DNA of 47,800 nt from Perkinsus chesapeaki ATCC PRA-425 (Eukaryota > Protista > Perkinsozoa): NCBI GenBank assembly GCA_013115145.1, contig JAAPAO010000246.1:1-47800 (forward strand). The letters run 5' to 3'. Every line of letters starts with the position of its first letter. Positions within the stretch are counted from its first letter, which is position 1. This document shows positions 1 to 12,300 of this stretch, piece after piece. The notes beneath the pieces were generated by a model. That model searched no databases, was not told where the DNA came from, and was given only the letters and a program-made list of their open reading frames with translations. The translations under genes and the position numbers were made by a program.

Positions 1-102
1 ATGAGGTGCGTTTGTTGGACCGACTCGATGCTTCGAGGGCTAGGCACGGCTGTCGCCCACAGCCTACCAGCCCACCAGACCCACGCGCCCAGGAGCGGGA
101 TA

Positions 103-559
103 TTTAATTAGTTCGCGTGCATCTGACCCGCCGCCTCGTGGCGCTTTTCGTGCCGCTCTGAACCGCAGAACGGCAGAGGTATGGCAAGGGTGTAGACAGG
201 AAGCACACAAAGTTATCGGAACAAGTCGAAGCCCTGAGCTTCACAAACTAAGATTGAAGAATGCTAGACGAAAGCTCTACAAACGAGCTTTGGGGAATAG
301 GATGCTCGAAATGATCAAAGGCGCCCTCCTCGAGGCTGCTGTCGTCACAAGTGTATTGAATCCTGCCGACCAACAAGAGCCTAGCCCAGCCAAGAGGCTC
401 CATGTGTTATTAACGAGTAGAGCTTTCCCGGTGAGGATGGAAGGTAAACGACCTGTACGAAGTGCTGATGATAATAGCAAGTATTTAATCGAGGAAATGC
501 CTGTCTTTGTGTACTCCAATACTTGGGGACATGACAAACTCGTGAACTCTTCGTCATAG
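103..559 (+). pseudogene. 5'-truncated copy of the last exon of the hypothetical gene at 25886-27096
   Basis: Translation KNARRKLYKRALGNRM...GHDKLVNSS matches ORF 26623..27096. The upstream exons and splice acceptor are absent; positions 1-102 are unrelated sequence. Confidence 0.85.
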
Positions 560-716
560 AGCTTTATGTTTGAGAGTTCTGGTGTTACAGTGGGATAAGT
601 GGATGTCTTGCAAAGTGCTAAATAGGGTCGCATGCGACAAGAGTGACGCGTACACTTAATTGATAATGACTCAACGAAGGGTCTCAGAAAAGTATCAAAA
701 TTCTGATAAGAGAAGC

Positions 717-2018
717 TCATGTAATTTTCAGCAATATTGCTATGCAATCTGGAGATCGTTTATACTTAAAAGCCTGCCTCTCTGCCAAAACAAAGCACTG
801 TCCAGCCTCGACAGTCTTCCCTTCAGCAGCGTCAGCAGACACCTAATAAAAGGCATAGAGAAGACTGATGGCTCCCGGAAGTTCCCTTGCTCAGACTGCT
901 AACTGCTGACGGGATATTGGGCATACCTCAATTTCACCTTGCTTAGCGTCAAGGAATGCCTCAAAATCACCGGTGGACTCTTCAAAGCTGGTCTGTGTTG
1001 TTCCTGCGGAAGAATAATCTACGAGGGAAGGCATCTTGTTCACCTGCGCCGAGTATCATGACCGTGAAACCATTCTCCGGGTGACTGCCACCGAAAAGGT
1101 TAAGTCTAGCTCCAGGCACCGCGAGCTCATCATAGTGTTGTTGTAACCACTTGTCAAACGAGAAGGGTCTGAGGCAAAGATGAAATATGCCTGCACAAAA
1201 TGACACAATGGGTTTGTGGGAAATTATCTCAGACACGAGCGCCGTACAGTACGTATATCGTTCGGTGGTGAAGTTTGAGGTGGCGATAGATTCTGAGTTC
1301 GATATTCAATTTATACTAAAAATAGAGTTCATATTTTCTGATATTCAAGCAAGGCATTAATACGGTGGCACGACTGTTTGACGGTCTTGTATAAGAGGAG
1401 GCTCACTGACAACTGAGCCCGGTGTGGGCTTGCCAGTAGCGAAGGCTTCAGATGCCTTGAATTCCTAAATGGAGAAGTTATTCCAAAATGCTAATTAAAG
1501 TCTCACTTGAACGATTGGGACGAGATCGCGGCCAAGGTCACCACAATAGAAATATCTGCAAGTGGAGGAGGTCACATACGTGGGGTCAAATACAAGCATA
1601 CTTCTCCCAGAGCACTTCATCGCACTTTTCAAAATCGGTATACCAGCGCAAACCCTCAAACTCCTTTCCTTCAAGCCGCGCTCTTTCAACGGCCAAACCC
1701 TACTTTGACATTGTGGGCTTCTTATGATTAAATGATTACTAGACTTGCTTTTTCCGGTCTTTGGGGCGAGTGTGGTATTCTGCCCGGTAGAAGGAACACT
1801 TCGCCTTCTTTGATATGGATCACTCTGAAAGATTCATCAGAGGTTATTTGGCGAACCCATTCTCATAATCGGATTTCAGGCTAAGGCTTTTGAACAGGTC
1901 AACTTAGAAGCACCGTAGGACTCGGAATAGGTTAACTGAAGGCTCCCTGCCATGGCATACCTCTTCTTGCTTCGTTGTATTATCGGTAGGTTCATATTCC
2001 CTCTAAGTTGCCAAAAGA
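717..2018 (-). pseudogene. HAAO: 5'-truncated HAAO copy lacking the first ~60 codons, including the Fe-ligand His and Glu
   Basis: Same exons as 27254-28729 ([16 protein letters not shown]; [26 protein letters not shown]). Homology stops at 2018 (at FW of EFFWQL), where retrotransposon sequence begins. Confidence 0.9.
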
Positions 2019-3250
2019 CTCTATAAGTCCAGGTAACTCGGTAGTTCCCATATGACCGAAGATAGTATGAATCTTGTCAACGAGAGTCGGTCTGCATGAT
2101 GAGGGAACATACAATTGGTAGTGATTAACAATAAGAAGATGTTTCTTGGTGAGAACTTCACCGGTCTGAGTCTGGATGATGCGATATAAGTCCTTGTAGT
2201 GGTTGTCGTCGTGAGGTAAGGCAGACTTGATATAGTTGACTTCTTTGTCTGTCAGCTGAGCACGGCGAATACTTCGAAAATGTCAGCAATATCTGTGGGA
2301 GAACATTGATTTCTTAAATGAGACAGCAGTGGTGATACATCATTCACAGCAAACAACGCGGCTGGCATCAAGGGAGGATCAATATTACCCTCCTTCATAG
2401 CAACAAGAGCAGATAGTAAGCACTTGTAGTCAACCGTGTCTGATGTTCCTCTCGATAAGCAGTCAGCACTGCTGACTCAGCAGGATTCATAGTACCAGGG
2501 ATGAATCTCAGTTGAACTTGGAGTTCATTAGATAGCTTCATGATAGATGAGATACATGACTTGATCTTTTGAGGTCTCTTGCATTCAGCTAGTTGAGACC
2601 TGTTGCTTTATCAGACTCAAGCCGTATCTCACAGCGAGTAGCCCCTTGCGGACTATCGTCCACTGTAGGTGTGGGAGTTCATGTAGCAAAGCCTTGGCGT
2701 AAACCCTATCCAGCTGACCGTCTAACACTGCAGTGCCATGTGCAAAGCTAGAACTGTCAACGAAGACATGTAGGGTGTGCTGGACGATAAGTCGTGGAAG
2801 ACGCCTTGGTAATTTAAGAGACTGGTAAACCTTATAGAGTTCACGATAGAGAGATGCTGGTAGTAGTTGATCAAAGGAAATACCAGAACGATGAGCATAG
2901 CGAAGAACCAGTTTGCGCCGGAGCACGGTGTCAGCGACACTTCCTAGTGGATCATAGATAGATGATAGCCACGATAGAGCTTCACGGACGGTTAAGGAAG
3001 AGACAAGGCTGAGATCTCCATTGCTAAAGATGGGAACATCTATGGATTCTACATTAATGGACTAATCATCAAAAACCTGAGACGCGGAAGGAATTTCACG
3101 CACTGGAGCGATAGACAACGTATCCGCGACACCATCCCAAATCATTCTAAAGGTATTGACTTTTCCTTCATGACCTTCACTAGATTCTTTAGAAGGGTCA
3201 ATCCAGAAGCCATGCTAGGAAAAGACGGACCTAATTTCAACAACAACTTT
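2019..3250 (-). mobile_element. Degenerate BEL/Pao-type LTR retrotransposon pol fragment (RT C-terminus, RNase H, start of integrase)
   Basis: Minus-strand translation gives IWDGVADT, IYDPLG, LHVFVDSSSFAHGTAV, WTIVRKGLLA, RFIPGTMNPAE and LYVP...IHTIFGHMG. This is the motif order of BEL/Pao pol (FDPLG, LHxFxDAS, TIPRLEL, HVPxxxNPAD, integrase Zn finger). In-frame stops are present. Confidence 0.8.
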
Positions 3251-3268
3251 CTCTAGTAGTAATATCAT

Positions 3269-3474
3269 CACTGCCTAGTAGGCAGTGCCTACGGTAGCCT
3301 ACCACCAGATCAGCTACATAATCCGCTACTACATAGTCACAGGTAACTACAGTTTCACTATGAACTTCACTGACCATATCAGAAGTACAGCAGCGGAGAA
3401 TTGCTGGTGACGGACCGTCACAGACGGTCCGTCACCAGCTCGATCGAGGGTCATCGAGGGATGAGCCCTCGATG
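3269..3474. other. Cluster of perfect inverted repeats (hairpins)
   Basis: CACTGCCTA-G-TAGGCAGTG (3269-3287); GCTGGTGACGGACCGTC-ACA-GACGGTCCGTCACCAGC (3403-3439, 17-bp stem); CATCGAGGG-ATGAG-CCCTCGATG (3452-3474). Confidence 0.9.
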
Positions 3475-5068
3475 GGTTCCTTGAGGTCGCCGGCTAGCGC
3501 ATAAACTAGTGGGTCTTTGACAGATACCCAAAGTGTTGGGACCAAAACTTGGGATGGTTTTCATTAGTCGCTGATAAAATCAATTCCCTTATTGGGCCAG
3601 GAACACATACTTATCGTTCTAAGCGGTAGAGGATACAGTACTGGTCCGAGGAACCCGTAGTCTGCAGATGTTTGCTAGCGCTGTGTAGGACCGATATTAC
3701 TGGCAGATACAGGCTCGGACTGACTGTAGCGAGCAGCTAAGAACGGAATAGATCGGTCTCGTAAAAGGGGCGTTCAAATGTGTCCAGTATTCAACATATA
3801 TAGTCAGCAAAGATGAGAGCTGGGTGGTGCAATGCGAGCACTTTGCATGTTGCCTCATGCCCGCCTGAGGGGCATAGTGAGCCCCAAGCTAGGACCGAGG
3901 CTCGAATGTAAGAAGGTGGTTGCTGTACCGATGCCGCCCTTTTTGAAGGACAACCAGCATCCCATGTGGGCATTCGCTTAGTCCGAATCTCGCACTAAAG
4001 CGCATCGCGAAAACACTCAGATACAAATTTGCTCCCTCTTCGACTCCAGTGAGGCTTCCTAACGGCAGAGGAAAGGGGTATTGGTGGGCACATTTGTGCG
4101 CGTGGGCTGCCCAGCTTGGGCGGCAGGAAGATAAGCGGGTGGGGCCGAGCTATGGAGGCAGGTGATTCCTGTAGCTAGTTCAGTAGTCTCACCGGATGAG
4201 GAAACCGGGGGCATTCTCAAGTTGACAATCTTGTGCCGGCAGGTGTGCTTTTTAGCTCTTAGGAAGGGGAACTAGCACTCGACATTTTACAGTCATTTCA
4301 GGAAATTACTGCAAAATGTGTGAACTTCACACTGCTACTCTCACCTCCATGGGATATCTGCATAGGCATTGGCGGGGATAGCTGTAGGCGACGACTCCCT
4401 TCAAGGCCACGTGGAGCCATGAGTGAGACATTGGGAGCGACCTCTAAAAGCTCTCCCTTCTAAGAGCGCGGGAGGCCTCTGGTGTTCCAGTTACCCACGA
4501 ACTGTCGGTGAGGTTGGTCGTGGGATTAAGGGTGTAATGGCAATGAAGAGTTTGCAAGACGACGACTCACGTTGATTAGCTATGGTCCACCACACTGAGT
4601 GGCCGTGGTACGCAGGTATACGGCAACGGGTGGGCATTATTTTGCGGAAGGGCACTGCTTGATTGCGTAATTTATTGGATACAAAAGCCGCTTATCGCGC
4701 TGGAGGCGGTATCCAGGGAAAGTCGCGCCTGAGGGAGATCGGAAGCTGCTTCAGGGGGGCAATGCACCGTCGGTGCCTCTCTGCCTTGATCTCTATAGCT
4801 ATACGACTGCATACGACTAACAAACGTCTGCTTGGGCCGACCATTTTCTCGTGCATTATTGCCAGAGGGTGATCCTCCGAGGGCTCCAAGCATCCCGTTA
4901 AGTTGTAACTATTCGCTTGGCAATAGCCGGTTGAAGTGCTACATAGGCATTGAACTTGGTCAGCTTGACGTAAGTTATAGCTCATAATCGCAGCTAAACC
5001 CAAGGGAAGAGCTTTGTGCTCTCCCGAAGCTTAAAGAACAAACTGTTCTGAAGTGTAGAGGTTCATAT

Positions 5069-5485
5069 ATGCGTTACGCCGTCGCCGCTTTCTGCCTGGT
5101 CGCCTTGGCTGAGATTTCCTCTGGCCAATCTGATTGCCCCACTGGTGATGCCCAATGTGATGCTGAACATCCAGGGTCGTACTGCAAGCACTGGAAAGAG
5201 GGAGAAGAAGTTTGTCAGTATACCGATACCCCCTGCTCATGTACCACTACACCCCCTCCTGGCCCTTCCCCTACTGGAGGACCGTGCCCCGATGGGGACG
5301 CCTTCTGCCAGCAGCAGTCTGGTGATATGAACTCGTACTGCAAGGCCGCCTATAAACCTGGAGACGGTGGTGTATGCCAAGGATCTGACGAGCCGTGCAC
5401 ATGTGACAGCTCGCCGACTACTTCCCAACCGACTTCCGCTGAGCCGACTTCCCCCGAAGCGACTACTGCTGAGCCTTCTTCGTAA
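5069..5485 (+). CDS. Small secreted protein with two 6-Cys repeats and a Ser/Thr/Pro tail (paralogue 1)
   Basis: Intronless 138-aa ORF. Signal peptide-like MRYAVAAFCLVALAEISSG, then two C-x6-C-x8/10-C-x9/11-C-x6-C-x-C modules. Two clear paralogues in the window. Confidence 0.9.
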   Translation: MRYAVAAFCLVALAEISSGQSDCPTGDAQCDAEHPGSYCKHWKEGEEVCQYTDTPCSCTTTPPPGPSPTGGPCPDGDAFCQQQSGDMNSYCKAAYKPGDGGVCQGSDEPCTCDSSPTTSQPTSAEPTSPEATTAEPSS

Positions 5486-5977
5486 GACAAACATTGGCCT
5501 TGCTGGTTTCGGCGGTCATGAGTCATCCTAAAGTAGGATTCCTACTATAATCCGTTTATGCTATTGGCCTTCCAAATATAGATCGTACAGGTTATCACTT
5601 AGGTTACGTTGATCCCTGTCCGTATCATCATAGAGCGCTTCTCTCTTCATCGCAGAGATAACAGTGTCTCGTCGCCAGAGCAGCTTTGAGCTGTTAGTAA
5701 AGGTCGCTCATCTTACTGCTAGGTGCGTTGAGTTTGCTAGTAACGAATTCATTGAATTACCCCTGTCAAGTACTTACCGGCGGTAAGGGGTCCAGATATT
5801 ACTATAGTACTGCAAAGGACGGTTAGGACCCCCTTCAACTAAATGCCTATACTATCCCCAAAGAACATACAATAATTTGAACAAGAAGACTTTCTTGACG
5901 GACATGAGTGCGCACTCGGTTACTATCCCTCGACGGCAGTCAGTAAGAAAGTAGCGGAACAAGTCAATGGCGCCATT

Positions 5978-8900
5978 TCAATTTGACGTTACTTCAAGAT
6001 GGCGTAAAGTAGCATCGATCGTTTCATCATTCAGTTGGTTGAACATTGCGAAGTTCCAATAGTGTCGCTCAGACCAAGTGCCATTGATGTTACGCTGCCT
6101 CGCTTCCACATGATAGTTAACACAGTTGGAGGAATGACAAATCGTCGGCCAAATACCAACACCAAAAGCCATCATAGGAGATCCATTTGGGTCGACATCA
6201 TAATCCGGGCAACATGTCCCGTTACCAATTTGAGTGAAATTCCGGTGAATAAGGCTCTTCGCGGTGTTGACAGGATCCATCCATGTAGTGCGATTAGAGC
6301 TCATTAGCGGAGCATCGCTTACCAAGTCTGCCTGCGACGGAGATATGTCAAATGGGCTTCCTCTACATATGTTATTGCTTGCATTGTACCTGAAAGGGCT
6401 ATCGAGCGCGCACTCGAATCTTAACGATACTTACCTCCACTTCGTGATGTAATTAACTGCTGGATCCCCACAAACACGGTCCTCCAAAACCATGACAACC
6501 TCTGAGCGGTTGACAGTTCTATTGCTGCCTCTCCAGAGAGGAACCACTTCTCCACTAAGAGCAGTCCTAGCAACATCGATCCTATCACTTGGGCCACCCC
6601 AAACTCGTTCGAGCTCGGGCATTTGAAAGTACGTGTCTTCGACGCTGATAGATAATCTTGCGTCAATGTAGTTCAGAGGATCACCGAGAAATAGGTCCAG
6701 AACGATTTGAAAGCCGTAATTAGTGAGGTTGTATTGCGGTAAGTGAATTGTCTCATTTGACGTTAGTAAGAGCTCAACGGAGTTCCATAGGTTACCAACG
6801 TAGGGTGTATAGGGATCTGGAATGTCGACGTAGTAATCGGGTTTGACCTGAAAAGGACATGCTCAGAAGGACTGGTTGAAATGTCGGCTAAGCTTGTCCA
6901 ATTCAGTCCTAACACTTCTTCGGTAGATCGCCAAACGTAAATATATCTATTTATGAGATATTGGTCCTTTATTTGTATGAATGTTCTCTGAAAATTGAGA
7001 GAGACTGCGTCTCATTCCCGCAAAACCCCCGTTACTCGTATGAGGGCAACTGTATCAATATAGAGCAATCCCGTTGTCAGTTTAGGTGCGAATTCTGCCT
7101 ACCTGCTTCTCGATCGGCAGTGGGTTGTGCAATGTTTCTGGGCGGGGAGGTTGCCCCTTCAAATAATAATTAGCAGTATTAGTGACCACATCAGACAATC
7201 TATATCTCATTGTAAAGTAGTCTAAATAGAACAAGCCGCGGATAATAGCTCGAGGAGATCGACCGACTTTAGCCAAGTAATGACCAGTGTTATACCTGAG
7301 TAACACTCAAGGGTCACTATATTAAAAACGCAGACTGTTGCCCTTACTGCAGAGATTCCCAACCCATTCCAGTTCCGATGCCCGGAATACCCACGAATGC
7401 ATAAGGATGGCCGAAATTAATTTGACTGGCTGATTCTTCAAAATCGGCCACGGGCGATGGTTGATGAAGGTGATCAGCAAACACACGAGACCATATTCCA
7501 AAGTGGTATGCTCCACAGAATTCCATAGCCTAAATAACACGAGAGTATCGACTCGATACTATCGAGTAATGCATGCGGGCTCGACACCTTGGCAAGGCCC
7601 GGAGTTGCATGCCATTCCCAAGCATCAATGCTCAGGACTATCACGAAGACGTCACTGCCGAACTTTTTCAGGTCCGATGCCATCCTATTCGATGCGGTTT
7701 TATCCGTGAAAGTGTCATACCTGTGGAGCTAGGTGAGAGTTCATCATCGATGGAGTCACCTACATTCGCATATGGACCAGTTTGAGGTTTTGCCGAGCCA
7801 GAGTGACCAGGAGGAGCCCTCTTTCCGTGGTCCTTCTGAATATTACTTCGCCGTTTACTACGAAGCTCCCCGGGCCAGCATTGTTTCGGCCACTGCCTCT
7901 GAAGAAGTCGCTAGTTCACAAGCAAAGCAATCGTTCGCTACATTATCTCAAAAGGCACACGCTCCACAAGGCCAGGGCGAATAGTGTGAGCAACTAAGGT
8001 TTTCAAAGACCATGGGCTATCTCCCTCTCTCAGCCCAATCGCTCTGATGCGAAACTCATAAGGACAACCTTCGCACACTTCATCAACCACCTGCACATTA
8101 ACACTGCTCACCAGTGTAGTGGCTTCAGCGATGGAACAAACAGGGATATCGCAATCTCAGCTATCAGTTCACAGCCCTCTTCAGCGCGCATCTCACCGAC
8201 TTACTTCCCAGTTGAAGAGCCTTCCCTGGCCTATATAGATTGGCTGCCATGAACTCCACTGTACCCTCTCGTTTATAGTGTATGAGAAATGCGCCTCGAA
8301 ATTCCCAACATGTTTGCGCATCCCTTTTACATCTTGATATACATCGCTCCTGGTTTGAGGTTGTTCGCCTTTTGTTTCGTTGCTCTGACAAATGTCATTT
8401 CCGAGCCTTCAAATCTCGCCGGCATCGACTGTCCAATCGATAACCATCAACGATAGCTTACGTCTCGTCTATGTAGAAGTTGTGCCTCGCGCAGCCGAGT
8501 GGTCAGGTCATCGACGCTACTCATGCTGCTCGGCACGGGGTTTCGGACTTGAAGCTCGTAACCGTGAACCTAATGTTCTCAGGCTCTGGGCAGGTCTTAG
8601 GGGTATGTCTCCTCACTTGATCGAATGGATGACTAGCAGCATCCCACGCTAGGTAAATCGACCTTCGTGTGGCTCGTGCAGTATGCCACTCATGAAAACG
8701 TGGAGGTATCCATAAGTCAGTGCTCTCCGACACAATCGATCCAGGGTAAAGCTTGGCAGTCGGGACTTGCCACAGTATTGTCCAAACCAAGTTAAAAAGG
8801 CACATCTGCCATTTATTAGAAGAGTGTCCAATCAAGAGTATACGAAAACGCTGTATACTATGCCTCAAGATACTCCACTGCTATAAGCAGCGAGTGTATC

Positions 8901-9150
8901 ACTGATTATCAGTGATACATACAGATATACAGATATATACATACTGATACAGTATCAGACATGAGCCCTGAGGCTTCCATTAGTATGATTGCTCTTCGGC
9001 TACTCACTGCCGCAACCGGGCTTAATGGATCTTGAACCCATAGCATTTATAGCAAGTGAAGAGTCAGCATAGTCGCTCATAAGAGCACACTTAGGATACA
9101 TCATAGCCATCATCAGAATGCACAGTTGATGGTCTCTATTTCACCTACTC
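5978..9150 (-). CDS. Multi-exon protein with fibronectin type III repeat(s), an ILEI/PANDER-like domain and an N-glycosylation-sequon-rich C-terminus; 5' end approximate
   Basis: Spliced translation gives YEFRIRAIGLREGDSPWS (FN3), then SGRNNAGPGSFVVNGE..RGLLLVTL..YDTFTDKTASNRMASDL..VIVLSIDAWE..CGA..HPYAFVG (ILEI pattern). Frame is continuous through GT-AG introns to the TGA at 5978. Confidence 0.7.
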
Positions 9151-9305
9151 CGTGCCGGCGCATCCTGCTATCCGGCGCTACAGCTGGTTATGGCTATCTT
9201 CGGTTTCCCGTCAGAATATTCATTGGATCAACTTTTCCTCAACTCGACAGGCAATTATAGCAGAGATTATAATGACACGATGACATGGTGGATACGAGAC
9301 GTAGA

Positions 9306-12300
9306 TCAGCCGCCATGATCAATGACACCTACAATAAATTGACTGAACCGTACATCAGGCCACACAGCTTACCGATAAGTGCCACTGCGTCTCTTTCCCT
9401 TATCGCTTGCTTACAAGCCGTGATGACTCTAGCTTGAGATTTTCCTACTCTCAAATTTGCACCTGATTTCTGAGCAAGTCACATAGACAGCTTACCATTC
9501 ACTCACCGCTATTGGTTATAAGATTTAGCTCTCTCAGAGCGGCAAGAAGGGCTTCATGGTTTTTTCTACGCTTGGTGTAGCTAACACAACAGCTTCGCCT
9601 GCTCTATCCGACTCGGCAAAGCCTACTCGGCTATCATGCCGCGGCTGACCTGTTGAGCGCCAGACAAAGCTTCTCGCTGTTTCTTCGTATAATCACAGAG
9701 CCTCAAATCTTCAGCTCGAACCAGATACTGTTTCCTGTCGTGTATGACTAGACAGCTGCGATGCCACTGATCTTCCCTACACTGACTGAGCTAGGTCAGC
9801 CATCTCGGTCAGCATCCGCTGCCTAACTTGGCTACAGTCGTCTACAACTGCTATGATGCGCTCTATGTCCTCTGCCGTTTTTGGAAAGCTAACGAATGAG
9901 CATTCGGTGAAGGACATGATAACCTCGACACACCTGCACGAGGAGTCTAGCTCCGTGACATTGAGATAGCGCGAGAGATGCTGAACCTAGAATGAGAAGG
10001 ACCATATGGAGAACTCGTGGAGTCCCCGTCAGAATCTGCCGTTATAGCGGCCAATCGCATTTTTCTGGGCCAGAGGCTCACACTACTGCTACTGTATGCG
10101 GGTGTAAAGAAGGTATATAGTTAGCGCGATCAATCATATAAAACGTATTCCTCTGACAACTTTCTGATTTCTGAGCATACCAGATCCGCAGCTAAATGGA
10201 TGTTATCGGTATAGAAAGTTACAGAGCCATCAGGTTTGGCGGATATCTCGAGCCCTTCAGCAATATCAGACCTGATCCATAAATCGAGGATCGAGAGCCA
10301 GCAGTGTGTCGCCTCACTCTGGGCATTTAATAAAAGCTGATTGTATAGCCTCGCCAGATGGAACGGTCATTATACCGTCGGAGTCGATGAGGAAGCTCTC
10401 TCGTAACTGTTGAGGGCCTCTTATGGTAGAATAGAGACCCTTTAGCTTACCCACAGGTGTACACGTTCAAACTCAGAGGTCACCCTGAGATTGACGTGCC
10501 TGAGCAACGCACTCGGCAATATGACGGAATGAGCGTGCTTGTAACCCTATTGGAGTTGCCGCATTCTGGCCATCGATGGTAGTACCAACGTATCGATACT
10601 GTGCAAAGCGAGGGAGCCTTAATTGGCCTTCTAATAGGGTGTGTTCTCGGCCTGATAAAATGACTACTACATAACAGTGGTACGGAGCACTAGTAATTAC
10701 TGGCCTTGGTAACGCCGGTCATACATTTGATGATGATTAAGGCTTCTACAGGTTTGCTGATTGGAAGCGGTATCTATATGGGTGATATAAGGTGCGTGTA
10801 ATGAAGCGAGATACCTCTAGTCGTTTTGCAGGAGGATCAGGAGAGGAAACGAAGCCGTCAGCAGGGAAAATGCCTCCGCAATCGGCGGATAGAATAACCT
10901 ATAGCGACTGAACAGCACGTACCACTCTATTAGACAAAATCTACCTTATGAATGACTCCGGTCTGGACTGTCAAGCACAGAACTAAACCATCAGGTTTGG
11001 TGATGAGTTTGGCATCGAAATGAGTGGCTGCAGTCTCGGATGCAAGCGTTGTCGGCTTCACTTCATCGAGGATCTATTCTCCGAACAGCTCTTCGCCTTT
11101 TCCACAGCGGTATGCTTACCGGCACGTCCTCCGCCTGTAAAGGTGGCGGGCCCTCTTCAGCAGCTTTCTGTGGTTCATCGTTTTCTTGTGGCTCTTCCGG
11201 CGTTGTATCTGTTAAAGGTAACGCTTCAAGACGGAGAGCTGTAAACCGGACAACATACCGTTTGAAGTGTGCAGAGCCCAAGCGTGGATGCGGCCCTAAA
11301 ATGGCGATTATCTCCATTGAGCTTGAGCTGTAAGCCAAGAACATTGAGCTACCTCAATGTTTATAGACAAAAGGAGTGGTACAGAGGATCCAACATAGTC
11401 CATAGAGACAAGACCCGCCACCGGATCCGGGCCTACACGCGCTTTGAAAATGACCTGAAAATTCAATCTCAAGGGTGAGGCGCGGAAGAGGAGACCTTCC
11501 CGTCGCCTTGTTCCCGGACCTCCACGAGTCCATTCATCCAGCCAATGGCTAGATAAGTATGGCTATGCTCGGTTCCTGCGAGTGCTGCCTCCAATGCAAG
11601 CAGGCATGAAGGAGCATGGCGGCATCGTACCCTCCAAAGCTGTGCGTTAGACAATCCTTACATATTTCGAGGGAGCTTACGCGTTTCGTGCCTTCGTAAA
11701 CCCCTACGGTCCCGTTTGCCAGACCATACGCGAATCTGATTTCGAGAGTTAATCGGTCCAGGATGCGCTTTCCCCACCGGCGACGGTGGTTCAATGAGAC
11801 TAAATGGCATACAGCATCTGCCTCGGATATATCAGAAATCACTGCCGTCTCTCCTGCCATCACACGTATCTAGATTATCTTAGGATAGATCATTGAGGCC
11901 TATCTTCACCTTATAGTCTTCAGTACCACACATAAGGAGCAAAGGCTCATCACCGTGTTGACATTCCTCAGATTGTCTAAGTGCCGCCAGTGCAAGCACG
12001 CGGTCGCCGGTGATCGTCCAAAATACCTCGCCTCCTCCCCTATCATAGCCCTGTAAAATTTAATCCTATAAGGTTGGTGCTGCCTGGTCTCGCCTTTATA
12101 TTGCAATCGCCACCGGCCAGTACAATGGACTTAACACCCTCAGCGGTCGAGTTACCCGGAAGTGTTTCTGCCACACACAAGGAGGCGACACCATCTGGCA
12201 TGTCCTGGTAGAACAGATCACTGTTCTCGTTAACCTGTCATGTAGTCAATACGGAAGATGACGAGCGTTCTACATCGTAGGCAGCCAAACTGCTTGTCGT

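Larger units (their letters stand above)
103..2018. repeat. Segmental duplication, copy A (direct repeat of 26640-28551)
   Basis: Near-identical to 26640-28551 from TTTAATTAGTTCGCGTGC to TTGCCAAAAGA. There are scattered substitutions, and the offset shifts from 26537 to 26533 (net 4-bp indel). Flanks are unrelated on both sides. Confidence 0.97.

Noticed and set aside
4300-4530. Minus-strand WNTRGL resembling the start of a non-LTR APE endonuclease
   Set aside because: No properly spaced QET, GDFN or SDH motifs follow, and multiple stops are present. Insufficient for a call.
11300-11345. CTTGGCT..CTCAAG on the minus strand, resembling a Perkinsus/dinoflagellate spliced-leader relic
   Set aside because: Only short, interrupted matches, and it lies inside a BBS2 intron rather than a 5' UTR. 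No full spliced-leader sequence was found in the window.
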